This document shows positions 20,693 through 34,923 of a stretch of 64,000 bases of DNA, in pieces. Source of the DNA: Candidatus Dormiibacterota bacterium (GTDB lineage: Bacteria > Chloroflexota > Dormibacteria > Aeolococcales > Aeolococcaceae); assembly GCA_963718525.1 (NCBI GenBank), contig OY970355.1, forward strand, positions 1,824,001 to 1,888,000. The letters run 5' to 3'. The position numbers and the translations under genes are program-made. Under the pieces are notes generated by a model, which saw nothing but the letters and a program-made list of their open reading frames with translations, was not told the origin of the DNA and did not search any database. Positions within the stretch are counted from its first letter, which is position 1, and the number at the start of each line of letters is the position of its first letter.

Positions 20693-22002
20693 CCGGCATT
20701 GATGTCGACATCCGCTCGGACGCCCAGACCGGCGCCGGCTTCACCGACAAGCTCGCCGTGCGCGCCACCGATCCGGAGCTCGCTGACCTCCTCGAAGAGG
20801 AGCTGGAGCGCCAGGAGGAGACGCTCGAGCTGATCCCCTCGGAGAACCTCGCCTCGGTTGCGGTGCTCGAGGCGCTCGGCTCGTGGCTCAACAACAAGTA
20901 CGCCGAGGGGGTCCCCGGCAAGCGGTACTACGGCGGCTGCCAGGTCGTCGACAAGGTCGAGAACCTCGCCCGCGATCGCGCCAAGGCGCTCTTCGGCGCC
21001 GAGCACGCCAACGTCCAGCCCCACTCAGGCACCGAGGCGAACATGGCCGTCTACGCGAGCGTGCTGAGCCCCGGCGACAAGGTCCTCGGCATGGCGCTCG
21101 ACCAGGGTGGCCACCTCAGCCACGGGTCGCCGGTGAGCTTCAGCGGCAAGATCTATCACTTCGAGCCGTATTTCGTCGACGAGACCACAGGCGTCCTCGA
21201 CATGGATTCGGTTCGAGAGCGAGCCCTGGAGTTCCGTCCCAAGATGATCGTCGCCGGGTACAGCTCGTACCCCCGCATCCTCGACTTCGCGGCCTTCGCG
21301 GAGATCGCGCGCGAGGTCGACGCCTACCTGATGGTCGACATGGCCCACTTCGCAGGCCTGGTCGCCGGCGGCGCACACCCGAGCCCGGTTCCCCATGCCG
21401 ACTTCGTGACCTTCACGACCCACAAGACGATGCGCGGACCGTGGGGCGGGGCGATCCTCTGCGGCGCCGAGCACGCCGACCAGATCGACAAGGCCGTCTG
21501 CCCGAACGTCCAGGGCGGACCGCAGATGCACGCCATCGCCGCCAAGGCGGTGATGTTCCAGCAGTGCGCGCAGCCGGCATTCCGCGAGTACGCTCGCGCG
21601 GTCGTGATCAATGCCAAGGCGATGGCCGCCGGCCTGATGCGCCGCGGCTTGGAGCTGACCACCGGGGGGACCGACAACCACCTGATGGTCATCGATCTCC
21701 GTCCGACAGGCCTGCGCGGCCGGGCTGTCCAGGCCGCCTTCGACGAGGTGGGTGTCACCGTCAACGCCAACGCATTCCCCGGACACGGCGGGACACCGTT
21801 CAATCCCAACGGCATCAGGCTCGGCACTCCCGCGGTGACCTCGCGGGGAATGGGTGAGGCGGAGATGGACGAGATCGCGGACCTGGTGGCGCGGATGCTC
21901 GGTGGCTTCGACGATCCCGCAGTCCGTGCGGAGGTTCGCAAGGGCAGCCTGGCGCTGTGCCGGAGGTTCCCGCTGCCCTACCGAGGCAACTCCACCGCGT
22001 GA
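20689..22002 (+). CDS. glyA: Serine hydroxymethyltransferase
   Basis: NKYAEG, RYYGG, DMAH and TTHKT (PLP lysine). Confidence 0.96.
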   Translation: MTGIDVDIRSDAQTGAGFTDKLAVRATDPELADLLEEELERQEETLELIPSENLASVAVLEALGSWLNNKYAEGVPGKRYYGGCQVVDKVENLARDRAKALFGAEHANVQPHSGTEANMAVYASVLSPGDKVLGMALDQGGHLSHGSPVSFSGKIYHFEPYFVDETTGVLDMDSVRERALEFRPKMIVAGYSSYPRILDFAAFAEIAREVDAYLMVDMAHFAGLVAGGAHPSPVPHADFVTFTTHKTMRGPWGGAILCGAEHADQIDKAVCPNVQGGPQMHAIAAKAVMFQQCAQPAFREYARAVVINAKAMAAGLMRRGLELTTGGTDNHLMVIDLRPTGLRGRAVQAAFDEVGVTVNANAFPGHGGTPFNPNGIRLGTPAVTSRGMGEAEMDEIADLVARMLGGFDDPAVRAEVRKGSLALCRRFPLPYRGNSTA

Positions 22003-23150
22003 TTGCCGCCGTCCCGTCGCCCTGGCTGAACGCCCTGCCACCGTTCCTCGTCGCGAGTGCGGTGTGCATCGCCGCAGTGCCCGGGTCGATGTGGCTGGCG
22101 CGGCGAACCGGGGCGGTGGCGCATCCGGACGCGGACCGTCATCTGCATCCGACCCCGACCCCCCGGCTGGGCGGCATCGCCATGTTCGTGGGATTCGCGA
22201 TCGCCATCGCGCTGTTCGGGTCGGTCATCACCGACCGCTGGCAGGTGCTCGCGGTCACCGGGGCGATCACCGTGGCCATGGCCATCGACGACATCCTCGA
22301 CCTCTCGTGGCTCAGCAAGCTCGGCATCGAGATCGGCGTCGGCGTGCTCGCGGTGCTGCTCGGGATCGTGATCACCACCATCGCGATCCCCGGAAGCCAC
22401 ACCCCGTCGGTGTGGGACCTGATGTGGCTGTCCGCACCCGTGACTGTCGTGTGGCTGGTGGGCATGCAGGTGTCGGTGAACCTGCTCGACGGCGCGGACG
22501 GCGTCGCGGCGGGAGTCATCGCCATCGTGGCGGCCGTCTGCCTGCTCGCCGCCATCAACCGCATCGAGGGTCCGGCCGATGTGCAGAGCGGCGTGGTGAT
22601 CATGAGCGGCGCGATCATGGGCTGCTGCCTCGGCTTCCTGGTCTTCAACCTCCCGCCGGCCCGCGTCTTCATGGGGGACTCCGGGTCCCATTTCCTCGGC
22701 GTCGCGCTCGGCGTGATTACCATCCTTGGTGTCGCCAAGGTCGTCGTCGGGCTCTCGATCCTGGTGCCGCTGATCGCCCTCGGCCTCCCCATCGGCGATA
22801 CCGCGTTCGCGATCGTCCGGCGCACGCTCGCCGGCCGGAACCCCGCGGCGCCGGACGCCGGCCACCTCCATCACCGCCTGCGCGCCGTCGGGCTGAACCC
22901 GCTCGAGACCGCGGTCACCTTCTATCTGGTGACCGGGATCCTCGGCTGCCTGGCGCTCACCATCTACGGACATCGCCGCATCATCGACCTGGCCCTCGGG
23001 CTGATGATCGTTGCGCTGGCTGTGCTGATCTGGCGCAACCGGCGCAAGGTCCCGCGCCTCCCTTTCGTGGCCATGGATGAAAGTGAGGTTCAGGTTGACG
23101 GTCATCGGGCCTTGCCGAGCCACATCCACCACCGAGGCGAGGTCGACTGA
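21999..23150 (+). CDS. MraY/WecA/TagO-family undecaprenyl-phosphate sugar-1-phosphate transferase
   Basis: PRLGG, DD, NLLDGADG, FMGDSG and HLHHRL, with many TM helices. The GTGA start overlaps the glyA stop. Confidence 0.9.
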   Translation: MIAAVPSPWLNALPPFLVASAVCIAAVPGSMWLARRTGAVAHPDADRHLHPTPTPRLGGIAMFVGFAIAIALFGSVITDRWQVLAVTGAITVAMAIDDILDLSWLSKLGIEIGVGVLAVLLGIVITTIAIPGSHTPSVWDLMWLSAPVTVVWLVGMQVSVNLLDGADGVAAGVIAIVAAVCLLAAINRIEGPADVQSGVVIMSGAIMGCCLGFLVFNLPPARVFMGDSGSHFLGVALGVITILGVAKVVVGLSILVPLIALGLPIGDTAFAIVRRTLAGRNPAAPDAGHLHHRLRAVGLNPLETAVTFYLVTGILGCLALTIYGHRRIIDLALGLMIVALAVLIWRNRRKVPRLPFVAMDESEVQVDGHRALPSHIHHRGEVD

Positions 23151-23359
23151 GCAGCTCGCCGGCTCCCCGCAAGCCCTCCGGCGCCCAGCTCGCGGGCATG
23201 GGAGTGTCCATCGCCGTCGCGCTGATCGTGCCCCTCCTGCTCGGCGTCGGCATCGACGCGTTCCTGCACACGAGCCCGATCGGGGTGCTGATCGGACTGC
23301 TCGTCGGCATCACGGCCTCGTGCTACACGGCGTTCGCCCAGTTCAGACCGTTCGTCTGA
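23147..23359 (+). CDS. AtpZ/ATPase gene-1 family protein (absent from the ORF track)
   Basis: ...MGVSIAVALIVPLLLGVGIDAFLHTSPIGVLIGLLVG... matches the family pattern. The start is either CTG 23147 or ATG 23198. Confidence 0.8.
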   Translation: MSSSPAPRKPSGAQLAGMGVSIAVALIVPLLLGVGIDAFLHTSPIGVLIGLLVGITASCYTAFAQFRPFV

Positions 23360-23440
23360 TTCATCGCTGGTCCGTCTCGCGAGGTCCAGTTGATATCGTT
23401 GCCTTGGTTTGACAGTCCAAGTAAGGCAGTGGTGGTAGAG

Positions 23441-23824
23441 GTGATCTCGGAAGGTACGTCTCCACGCCCAGCTCCATCGGCGAATGCGCTGCGCCTCGTT
23501 CGTAACGCGGCGATCGTCTGCGCCGCAGCCGCGGTCGTTGCCGCCGTCGTCGGCATCGTTCTCGGCCATGCCGGCCCTGGCGGTGCGCTGGCCACCGGCC
23601 TCGCCATCGGGTCGATCAACGGCGCGCTCGCAGCCCGGCTGATCGCGCTGCCGATTCCGTTTCTGGCGACCAGCCTGCTGCGGGTGCTGACCCTGAGCAT
23701 GATCGGGATCGCGATTGGCCTTGCCTTCGGGCTCGCCAACATCTGGCTGGTGATCCTCGGCCTCGGGGTTGCCCAGGTGGTCCTTGCCGTCGCCGCTCTG
23801 CGCGAATCGCTGCGGACCGCATGA
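23441..23824 (+). CDS. atpI: ATP synthase protein I-like membrane protein
   Basis: Four TM helices directly before atpB, with an ATGA overlap. Confidence 0.65.
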   Translation: MISEGTSPRPAPSANALRLVRNAAIVCAAAAVVAAVVGIVLGHAGPGGALATGLAIGSINGALAARLIALPIPFLATSLLRVLTLSMIGIAIGLAFGLANIWLVILGLGVAQVVLAVAALRESLRTA

Positions 23825-24648
23825 TCCTCGCCGACGCCATCCCGGGAACGCATCCCACGATCCAGGTGTGCGGTAACGCATTCCTCTGCACGTTCAACTA
23901 CGACACGCTCATCTCCAGCGGGATTGCGATTGTGCTGACCCTCGCACTCGGCTTCGGGGTCGCGTACCGGCTGGGGCATGGCAAGCCCGGGCGCCTGCAG
24001 ATGGTGCTCGAGCTGTTGCTCGGCTACATACGCAACCTGACCAAGGAGATGGTGTCCGAGGAAGGATCGGGATTCATCCTGCCGATCGCTGCCACCATTT
24101 TCATCTTCATCCTGCTCGCGAACTGGCTCGACGCGTTTCCGCTGGCACAGCCGGTGGAGCCGGCCGCCGCCGACATCAACCTCACCATCGCGATGGCGAT
24201 CGCCGTGATTGTCATCGTGCAGTGGTACAGCATCCACGTTCTCGGGTTTCGCGGCTACCTGCGGCGCTTCACGAAACCATTCGAGCTACCCCTGATCGGC
24301 CGGATCGCCTTCACGCCGCTGAATATCATCGAGGAGTTCGCCAAGCCGCTCAGCCTCGCACTTCGGTTGTTCGGCAACATCTTCGGTGGCCTGGTCATGG
24401 TGTACCTCCTGACCCTTGCCTACACCGCCTTCGCGGGCTCGTCATTCATCCAGACCGCGCTTTCGCCAGTCTGGATCATCCTGCTTGTCGTCTGGAAGCT
24501 CTTTGACGTCTTCGTCATCGGCACCATCCAGGCTTTCATCTTCATGCTTCTGACCATCATTTATTTCGGCATGGCCCGTGAAGGTCTCGAGGAAGAGCAT
24601 CACGGCGCAGCAGCACACACCAACGAGATGAGGAGAGAGACCACATGA
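23821..24648 (+). CDS. atpB: F0F1 ATP synthase subunit a
   Basis: [12 protein letters not shown] and IQAFIF. Confidence 0.96.
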   Translation: MILADAIPGTHPTIQVCGNAFLCTFNYDTLISSGIAIVLTLALGFGVAYRLGHGKPGRLQMVLELLLGYIRNLTKEMVSEEGSGFILPIAATIFIFILLANWLDAFPLAQPVEPAAADINLTIAMAIAVIVIVQWYSIHVLGFRGYLRRFTKPFELPLIGRIAFTPLNIIEEFAKPLSLALRLFGNIFGGLVMVYLLTLAYTAFAGSSFIQTALSPVWIILLVVWKLFDVFVIGTIQAFIFMLLTIIYFGMAREGLEEEHHGAAAHTNEMRRETT

Positions 24649-24899
24649 ACCATGCGCTTGCAGTAATGGGCGGACTGATCGCGGCCGGGCTCGCACTGGG
24701 CGGAGGAGCGATCGGGGCAGCAATCGGTGACGGTCTTGCGGGCAACGCGACGATCGCCGGCACCGCCCGTCAGCCTGAGGCGCAGGGACGTCTTCAGGTC
24801 ACCATGTTCCTGATCATCGGTCTGGTTGAAGGCATGTACTTCATCAACCTGGCGCTCGGATTCTTCTTCATCTACGTCATCGCCGCGGGCGTGAAGTAG
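24645..24899 (+). CDS. atpE: ATP synthase subunit c (H+-type signature)
   Basis: ARQPE loop and GLVEG. It lacks the Q...ES/T sodium signature. Confidence 0.96.
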   Translation: MNHALAVMGGLIAAGLALGGGAIGAAIGDGLAGNATIAGTARQPEAQGRLQVTMFLIIGLVEGMYFINLALGFFFIYVIAAGVK

Positions 24900-24913
24900 G
24901 AAGCGTGGTCACG

Positions 24914-25450
24914 ATGATTGCCTCTCAGCCGGCTGAACTCCTCACGCCCAATGGGACGTTCTTTGCCGAGCTGATCGCGTTCATCCTGATGATCCTTGTC
25001 CTCGGGAGATGGGTGTATCCGCGGATCATCGCCGCGGCCACGGAACGCGAGAGCAAGATCGAGGCGGGACTGCGCGCGGCGCAGGAAGCCGAGGAGCGCC
25101 TGGCCAAGGTGCAGGAGCAGGTCGAGAAGACGCTCGACGAGGCGCGCGCCCAGGCTCGCGAGATCCTCAACCGCTCGCACCAGGGGGCGACGGCGGACGC
25201 CGCGGAAGTCATTGCCAAGGCACGGGCCGAAGCGGAGGCGCTGATCGAGCGCGCACGCGGCGAGATCGGCGCGGAGCGTGACCGCGCCATCCAGGACCTG
25301 CGCGCCGAAGTGGCCAACATGGTCGTCGAGGCGACTCAGGTCGTGCTGGGAGCCGCGATCGATGCGAAGGCGCACGAGCGGCTCATCGACGAGGCACTGC
25401 AGAAGGTCGGGACCAACCCGGCCGCGGCTGCAAAGGCCGACAAGAACTGA
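24914..25450 (+). CDS. atpF: ATP synthase subunit b
   Basis: N-terminal TM followed by a long coiled coil, in operon position. Confidence 0.93.
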   Translation: MIASQPAELLTPNGTFFAELIAFILMILVLGRWVYPRIIAAATERESKIEAGLRAAQEAEERLAKVQEQVEKTLDEARAQAREILNRSHQGATADAAEVIAKARAEAEALIERARGEIGAERDRAIQDLRAEVANMVVEATQVVLGAAIDAKAHERLIDEALQKVGTNPAAAAKADKN

Positions 25451-25451
25451 C

Positions 25452-25982
25452 GTGGAACGCGCGAGCATCATCGCCCGTCGCTATGCGGAGGCGTACTTCG
25501 CGCTCGCCCAGGAGGCGGGTGACATCGCCGGCTGGCGTGACCAGCTCGCGGCCGTTGTCGAAGCGCTCGGCGATGCAGCGGTCAGCGAGGCGCTGGAGAA
25601 TCCCAGGACCAGTCTCGCGGATCGGGTCCGCGAAGGCATGCGACTCCTCGAGGGCGTCTCACCGGAAGCGCGCAACCTTGCGCGGCTGCTCATCGAGCGC
25701 CGCCGCGTGGGCATCGTCCGCGAGATCCTCGCCCATTACGACGCCCTCGCGGACAAGGCATCCGGCGTCGTGCGCGCCGAGGTCATCGCCGCGATCCCGG
25801 TCAGTGACGCGCTCGAGAAGCGTATTCGCGATTCGCTGCGCAAGCAGCTCGGCAGCGACGTGGAAACCACCGTGCGCACTGACCCGTCGATCATCGGCGG
25901 CCTCGTGATCCGCATCGGCGATCGGGTCATCGACGACAGCCTGCGCACGCATCTACAGCAACTGCAGGCAGCACTTGCCTGA
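25452..25982 (+). CDS. atpH: ATP synthase subunit delta
   Basis: ARRYAEA and DPSIIGGLVIRIGDRVIDDS. Confidence 0.94.
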   Translation: MERASIIARRYAEAYFALAQEAGDIAGWRDQLAAVVEALGDAAVSEALENPRTSLADRVREGMRLLEGVSPEARNLARLLIERRRVGIVREILAHYDALADKASGVVRAEVIAAIPVSDALEKRIRDSLRKQLGSDVETTVRTDPSIIGGLVIRIGDRVIDDSLRTHLQQLQAALA

Positions 25983-26008
25983 GATGAGAGAGAGGAACAA
26001 CTAGCCTG

Positions 26009-27532
<1,524 letters not shown>

Positions 27533-27585
27533 TCGTGCGCGTCCCCAGCTGCGCCACCCGTCGCATCTGCAGAGGCTGACGTTCG

Positions 27586-29927
<2,342 letters not shown>

Positions 29928-29932
29928 CTGCG

Positions 29933-30358
29933 ATGGCCAAGCTTCAGGTCGAACTCGTCACCCCGGAAGGTCGCGTCTTCAGCGAGGAAGCCGACTTCGT
30001 GCTCGCGCCGGGCGTGGAAGGCGACCTCGGGGTCCTTCCGCAACACATCGCGCTGCTCACCCCACTGCGCACAGGGGTCGTGACCATTCGCAACGAGGAC
30101 GCCGAGCACGTGCTCGTGGTCTCGGGTGGGTTTCTCGAGGTCCTGCCCGACAAGGTGACGATCCTCGCGGATGCCGCCGAACGCGCCGAGGATATCGATG
30201 AGCAGCGTGCCGAGGAGGCGCGCAAGCGGGCGCAGGAACTCCTCACCCAGGAGGTGGGCAATCAGGAGGCCGTGATGGCGCTCGAGCGTGCCACCTTGCA
30301 ACTCCAGGTCGCGGAGATCAGGCGCCGCCGTCACGGGCATTCGCCGCCTCCTCAATGA
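29933..30358 (+). CDS. atpC: ATP synthase subunit epsilon
   Basis: LVTPE, GDLGVLPQH and SGGFLEV. Confidence 0.95.
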   Translation: MAKLQVELVTPEGRVFSEEADFVLAPGVEGDLGVLPQHIALLTPLRTGVVTIRNEDAEHVLVVSGGFLEVLPDKVTILADAAERAEDIDEQRAEEARKRAQELLTQEVGNQEAVMALERATLQLQVAEIRRRRHGHSPPPQ

Positions 30359-31407
30359 CGTCGCCGCCGGGGCTCGACCTGGACGCGCTCGCTGCGTACC
30401 TGGCGCCCCGCGTGGATGGACTCGCGGGCGCGCTCCGCGGCGAGGTGATCGCCGGCGGACGCTCGAACCTCACGTACATCGTCGACGACGGAGAGCGCCG
30501 TTTCGTGGTTCGCCGGCCGCCGCTCGCGCACGTGCTCCCCACCGCGCATGACATGGCGCGCGAATATCGCGTGCTCGCGGCGTTGCAGGGCACCGGAATC
30601 CCCGTGCCTCGGGTGATCGCCCTCTGCGAGGACGAGTCGGTGATCGGTGCACGCTTCTACGTCATGGAATGGATCGACGGCCACGTGGTCCGCAACACCC
30701 TCCCGGTCGAGTTTGCCGACACAACGGAGACGCGGCAGGCGATGTCGGCGGCGCTTGTCGGCACGCTGTTGCAGCTGCATCGCATCGACCCGGACGCTGT
30801 AGGGCTTGGGGACTTCGGTCATCCCGATGGGTTTCTCGCCCGCCAGGTGCGGCGCTGGTGGCAGCAGTGGGAGGCGTCGAAGACCCGCGAGCTGCCGAGC
30901 ATCGAGGCTTTGCACCGGCAGCTCGCGGAGTCGGTACCGGCACCATCGCCGCCAGGGATCGTCCATGGCGACTACCGGCTCGACAACGTCATGTACGCGC
31001 CGGCCGATCCGTCGCGCATCGTGGCCGTGATCGACTGGGAGATGTGCACGATCGGCGACCCGCTCTGCGACGTCGGCCTGCTCTGCGTGTACTGGGCCGA
31101 TGACGAGTCGGAGGCGGCGGCGCGCACGCTGCACGGCCGCGCCATCACCGTCGAGGACGGCTTCTACAAGCGGGCCGACCTGCTCCGCGATTACGCTGCG
31201 GGGACGCAGCGCGACCTGAGCTCGCTCGACTGGTACATCGCGCTCGGCGCATACAAGCTCGCGATCATCGCGGAGGGAATCACCGCGCGATTCCTGATGG
31301 GGATGACCGTCGGCGAGGGCTTCGAGACGATGGGGGAGATGGTGCCGGCCATCGTCGAGGGTGGCCTCGAAGCCTTGGCCCGGCTGGGTTCCACCGAAGG
31401 AGGCTGA
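30355..31407 (+). CDS. APH-family phosphotransferase (like the ACAD10/11 N-terminal kinase)
   Basis: GGRSNLTY, AHDMARE, HGDYRLDN and IDWE. Confidence 0.92.
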   Translation: MTSPPGLDLDALAAYLAPRVDGLAGALRGEVIAGGRSNLTYIVDDGERRFVVRRPPLAHVLPTAHDMAREYRVLAALQGTGIPVPRVIALCEDESVIGARFYVMEWIDGHVVRNTLPVEFADTTETRQAMSAALVGTLLQLHRIDPDAVGLGDFGHPDGFLARQVRRWWQQWEASKTRELPSIEALHRQLAESVPAPSPPGIVHGDYRLDNVMYAPADPSRIVAVIDWEMCTIGDPLCDVGLLCVYWADDESEAAARTLHGRAITVEDGFYKRADLLRDYAAGTQRDLSSLDWYIALGAYKLAIIAEGITARFLMGMTVGEGFETMGEMVPAIVEGGLEALARLGSTEGG

Positions 31408-31409
31408 AC

Positions 31410-32621
31410 ATGGATTTTGCGGAGACGCACAGAGTGCGTGAGCTCAGCGAGAAGGTGTGGCGATTCATGGACGAGCGCGTCCGCCCCGCCGAGGACGAAT
31501 ACTGGCGCGGCTTCTCGGCCGAGACGATCCCCCAGCGGATCTCGCCGGTCATGGAGGAGTTGAAGACCGAGGCGCGCCGTCGCGGCCTCTGGAACCTCTT
31601 TCTGCCCGACAAGCGGTTCGGCCCCGGGCTCACCAACCTCGAGTACGGCGCGCTGGCGGAGATCATGGGGTGGAGCGCCATCGCTTCGGAGGCGATGAAC
31701 TGCTCGGCGCCCGACACGGGAAACATGGAGGTGCTCGCGCAGTTCGGCACGCGGGAGCAGCAGGATTCGTGGTTGCAGCCTCTGCTTGCCGGCGAGATCC
31801 GGTCGTGCATCGGCATGACCGAACCCGAGGTGGCGAGCTCGGATCCCACGCAACTGGCAACGCGGATCGATCGCGACGGTAATGATTACGTCATCAATGG
31901 CCATAAGTGGTTCACCAGCGGGGCGGCGCATCCGCTCGCGAGGGTGATCCTGCTGATCGGTGTGACCGATCCTGACGCGGAACGGCATGCGCGGCACACC
32001 ATGGTGCTGGTGCCGGTGGATGCACCCGGCGTGACCATCGTGCGGCAGCTCAAGGTGTTCGGTTTCGACGATCCGGGCAGTCATTGCGAGATCCTGCTCG
32101 AGAACGTGCGGGTGCCACAGAGCAACCGCATCGGGGATGAGGGGACCGCGTTCATGATTGCTCAGGCGCGGCTTGGCCCGGGGCGTCTGCATCACTGCAT
32201 GCGCCTGATCGGGGCTGCGGAGCGGGCGCTGTCGTTGATGTGCGAGCGGGCGAAGTCACGCACGGCGTTCGGCAAACGGCTCGCTGAGCAGGGCGTGGTG
32301 CGCGAGCAGATTGCCAGGTCGCGCATCGAGATCGAGCAGGCGAGGTTGTTGTGCCAGAAGGCGGCATGGCTGCTCGATACGCAGGGCAGCCTCGGCGCCC
32401 GGTTCGAGATCTCGGCGATCAAGGTCGTCGCGCCCAATGTTGCGCAGGCGGTCATCGACCGCGCGATTCAGGTGCACGGCGGGGCCGGGGTGTCGCAGGA
32501 CCTGCCGCTGACTCAGATGTTTGCGTACGCGCGCTCGGCGCGGTTCATGGACGGGCCGGACGAGGTGCACCTTTCGATCATCGGGCGTGAGGAGCTGAAG
32601 CGCGAGGAGGGTCGCGCGTAG
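31410..32621 (+). CDS. Acyl-CoA dehydrogenase (ACAD10/11-like)
   Basis: NCSAPDTGNMEVL, MTEP, QARLGPGR and DGPDEVH. Confidence 0.93.
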   Translation: MDFAETHRVRELSEKVWRFMDERVRPAEDEYWRGFSAETIPQRISPVMEELKTEARRRGLWNLFLPDKRFGPGLTNLEYGALAEIMGWSAIASEAMNCSAPDTGNMEVLAQFGTREQQDSWLQPLLAGEIRSCIGMTEPEVASSDPTQLATRIDRDGNDYVINGHKWFTSGAAHPLARVILLIGVTDPDAERHARHTMVLVPVDAPGVTIVRQLKVFGFDDPGSHCEILLENVRVPQSNRIGDEGTAFMIAQARLGPGRLHHCMRLIGAAERALSLMCERAKSRTAFGKRLAEQGVVREQIARSRIEIEQARLLCQKAAWLLDTQGSLGARFEISAIKVVAPNVAQAVIDRAIQVHGGAGVSQDLPLTQMFAYARSARFMDGPDEVHLSIIGREELKREEGRA

Positions 32622-32681
32622 GGTCTGATTGCGCTCCGCGCAGCTCTCGGCCGGCTTCGCGGGGTTACTGCGGGCAGTTAC

Positions 32682-33614
32682 TCAGCTCAGACGGCGCCGT
32701 ATCCAGACAACGGCAATACCGATACACACCAGCGAGATCGCGGCGTAGAAGCCGGCCTCGATGAACTGAAACGGCCAGAAGCGATCCGCGGGTTGGAAGA
32801 CCACACTGGCGTGGATGCCGTACTGCGCCAGGCACGGCCCCGCCAACTTCGGTCCTTGAAGAAGCTCTCGCCCGCAGAGTTGGAATGCCTGCGCCTCGAA
32901 CACCTGATGTCCGAACCTGTCCACCAGGCCCTGGTCGAGGATCCACGCGCCGGGTGGGGCGGCGTTGCTCGTGTCGAGGAGCGTGACGGGGGTCGCGAAG
33001 TGCGGCCGCGCCAGGAACTCGATCGGCAGACGCACCGCGAGGAATCCGGCGAGGGTCACGATCATTGCCGGGATGGTGCGACGGAGTAGCGTCCCCGCGA
33101 GGACCCCAAGCGACACCGCGAAGAGACTGTATGCCAGGGGCATCAAGCCCTCGAAGTCGAAGCCCGAGGCATCGAACGAAGAATTGATGATGTCCCACGG
33201 CTGCCGCCACCAGCTCAGGAGCAATGTCATGGCTCCTCCCACCGCAGCGGCGAGCACCACGATCCCGGTGATCTTGACGGCGATCCAGCGCCGGCGCGTG
33301 ACCGACTGAGTCCAGGCGAGCCGATGTGTCCCGCGTTCGAGTTCGCGAGCCACGAGGGGCGCACCCACGAAGAGGCCCAGCGACAGCGGAATCACATTGA
33401 GCCATCCGCTCAGATTGAAGAGCGTTCCGAATGCGCGGAGGAAGTCTCCCTGCCCACCGCAACTCCGCGCTGCGTTGATGCTCAGGCATGCGAGGCCGCC
33501 TTCGAACCCTCGCATCTCGACACCGGTGCCAACCACCGCAGCAGCGAGGAGCGCCAGCAGGACGGCCAGGCCAAGATACGCACCTCGCAACTGGCGCCAG
33601 GTGAGCCAGATCAT
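32682..33614 (-). CDS. ABC transporter permease
   Basis: TM helices and ARELERGT. Operonic with the ATPase and GntR genes. Confidence 0.85.
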   Translation of the reverse strand: MIWLTWRQLRGAYLGLAVLLALLAAAVVGTGVEMRGFEGGLACLSINAARSCGGQGDFLRAFGTLFNLSGWLNVIPLSLGLFVGAPLVARELERGTHRLAWTQSVTRRRWIAVKITGIVVLAAAVGGAMTLLLSWWRQPWDIINSSFDASGFDFEGLMPLAYSLFAVSLGVLAGTLLRRTIPAMIVTLAGFLAVRLPIEFLARPHFATPVTLLDTSNAAPPGAWILDQGLVDRFGHQVFEAQAFQLCGRELLQGPKLAGPCLAQYGIHASVVFQPADRFWPFQFIEAGFYAAISLVCIGIAVVWIRRRLS

Positions 33615-34513
33615 CGGGCAGTACCCGACGGGACGACCTCGAGCACCCGATCGGCGTCGACGGGGCTGCGCAGGTACGCGAGCACCATCTCCTCCAGGCT
33701 GACGTCGCGTACCTCGATGCGCGGATCCGGCGTTGCGCCGTCGCCACGTACGAGAGCAGTCAGTTGACGCTCGGTGGCACTCCGCTCGATGACGTGCTGA
33801 CGCCGCAGAAGGATGTCGACCCGCTCACGGGCACCGGTGACGAGGTGGTGCTCCGCCAGCAGCGCTTCCGCCGCCCCGGCGATCACGACGTGCCCATGGG
33901 ACAGCACGATGAGGTGGTCACAAACTCGCTCGAGGTCGGAGATGAGGTGTGAGGACAGGACGACGGTGACGCCGCTCTCGGCGACCGTCTCCATCAACAC
34001 TTCAAGGAACTCGCGCCGTGCAAGCGGATCGAGCCTCGCAACGGGTTCATCGAGGAGCAGGATCTCGGGACGCTTCGCTACGGCGACCGCAAGTGCCACC
34101 TGTGCTTGTTGCCCGCCCGATAGCTTCCCGCAAGGACGCTCGAGAGGAATGTCGAGCCGCTGCAACCGCCGGCGGGCTAATCCGTCGTCCCAGCCCGGGT
34201 TCAGATGCGCACCGAAGCGCAGCATGTCAGCGACCGAGAAAGAGCCGTACAGCGGTGCATCCTGTGCGACGAACCCAAGCCTGGCCAGGGTTCTCGCAGG
34301 CTGCCCCCGCATCGATGAGCCGAGGACCTGAATGTCGCCCTCGGTGGGCTCGAGGAGCCCGCTGGCGAGTTGGAGCAGCGTGCTCTTGCCGGCGCCGTTC
34401 GGCCCGATCAACGCGGTCACCGAGCCTATTGGGACTGAGACCGAGCAGTTGCGAAGCGCCCAGACTCTGCCGTATCGACGGCCGACATCGGTCGCCTCGA
34501 CCGCGAGGTTCAC
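33611..34513 (-). CDS. ABC transporter ATP-binding protein
   Basis: GPNGAGKS, LSGGQ and LLLDEP. Confidence 0.95.
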   Translation of the reverse strand: MNLAVEATDVGRRYGRVWALRNCSVSVPIGSVTALIGPNGAGKSTLLQLASGLLEPTEGDIQVLGSSMRGQPARTLARLGFVAQDAPLYGSFSVADMLRFGAHLNPGWDDGLARRRLQRLDIPLERPCGKLSGGQQAQVALAVAVAKRPEILLLDEPVARLDPLARREFLEVLMETVAESGVTVVLSSHLISDLERVCDHLIVLSHGHVVIAGAAEALLAEHHLVTGARERVDILLRRQHVIERSATERQLTALVRGDGATPDPRIEVRDVSLEEMVLAYLRSPVDADRVLEVVPSGTAR

Positions 34514-34902
34514 GCGATATCCTCGACCGCGATCTCGCGCCGGGTTGCCGCGATCAGGGCATCGACCGCCTCGTCATCAAGGCCGGCTGCCCCGGCCTCC
34601 GCGAACCACCTCCTCAACCGCCGGCGCAGTGACTGGAGGTCCTCGACACGGGGACCCGGGAGGTCCCGCACGACGAACGTTCCCTGCCCCTGCCTGGTGG
34701 CGACAAGGCCGGCGTGCTCCAGCTCGCCATACGCTTTCAAGACCGTGTTGGGGTTGATCGCCAGGCGTCCGACCACGTCTTTCGCCGTCGGCAATTGGTC
34801 GCCCGGCGCCAGCAGGCCGATGCGGAGCGCCTGCCGAACCTGACGCACGAGCTGCATGTACGTCGGGACACCAGACCTGGGATCGAGCCGGAAATCGATC
34901 AT
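34510..34902 (-). CDS. GntR-family (YtrA subfamily) regulator
   Basis: PGDQLP, INPNTVLKAY and GQGTFV, 130 aa, heading an ABC exporter operon. Confidence 0.92.
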   Translation of the reverse strand: MIDFRLDPRSGVPTYMQLVRQVRQALRIGLLAPGDQLPTAKDVVGRLAINPNTVLKAYGELEHAGLVATRQGQGTFVVRDLPGPRVEDLQSLRRRLRRWFAEAGAAGLDDEAVDALIAATRREIAVEDIA

Positions 34903-34923
34903 CGCTGCCCCTATAGAGCTATA

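Noticed and set aside
24645-24899. Na+-translocating ATP synthase
   Set aside because: The c subunit has D and EG where sodium-type rings have Q and ES/ET.
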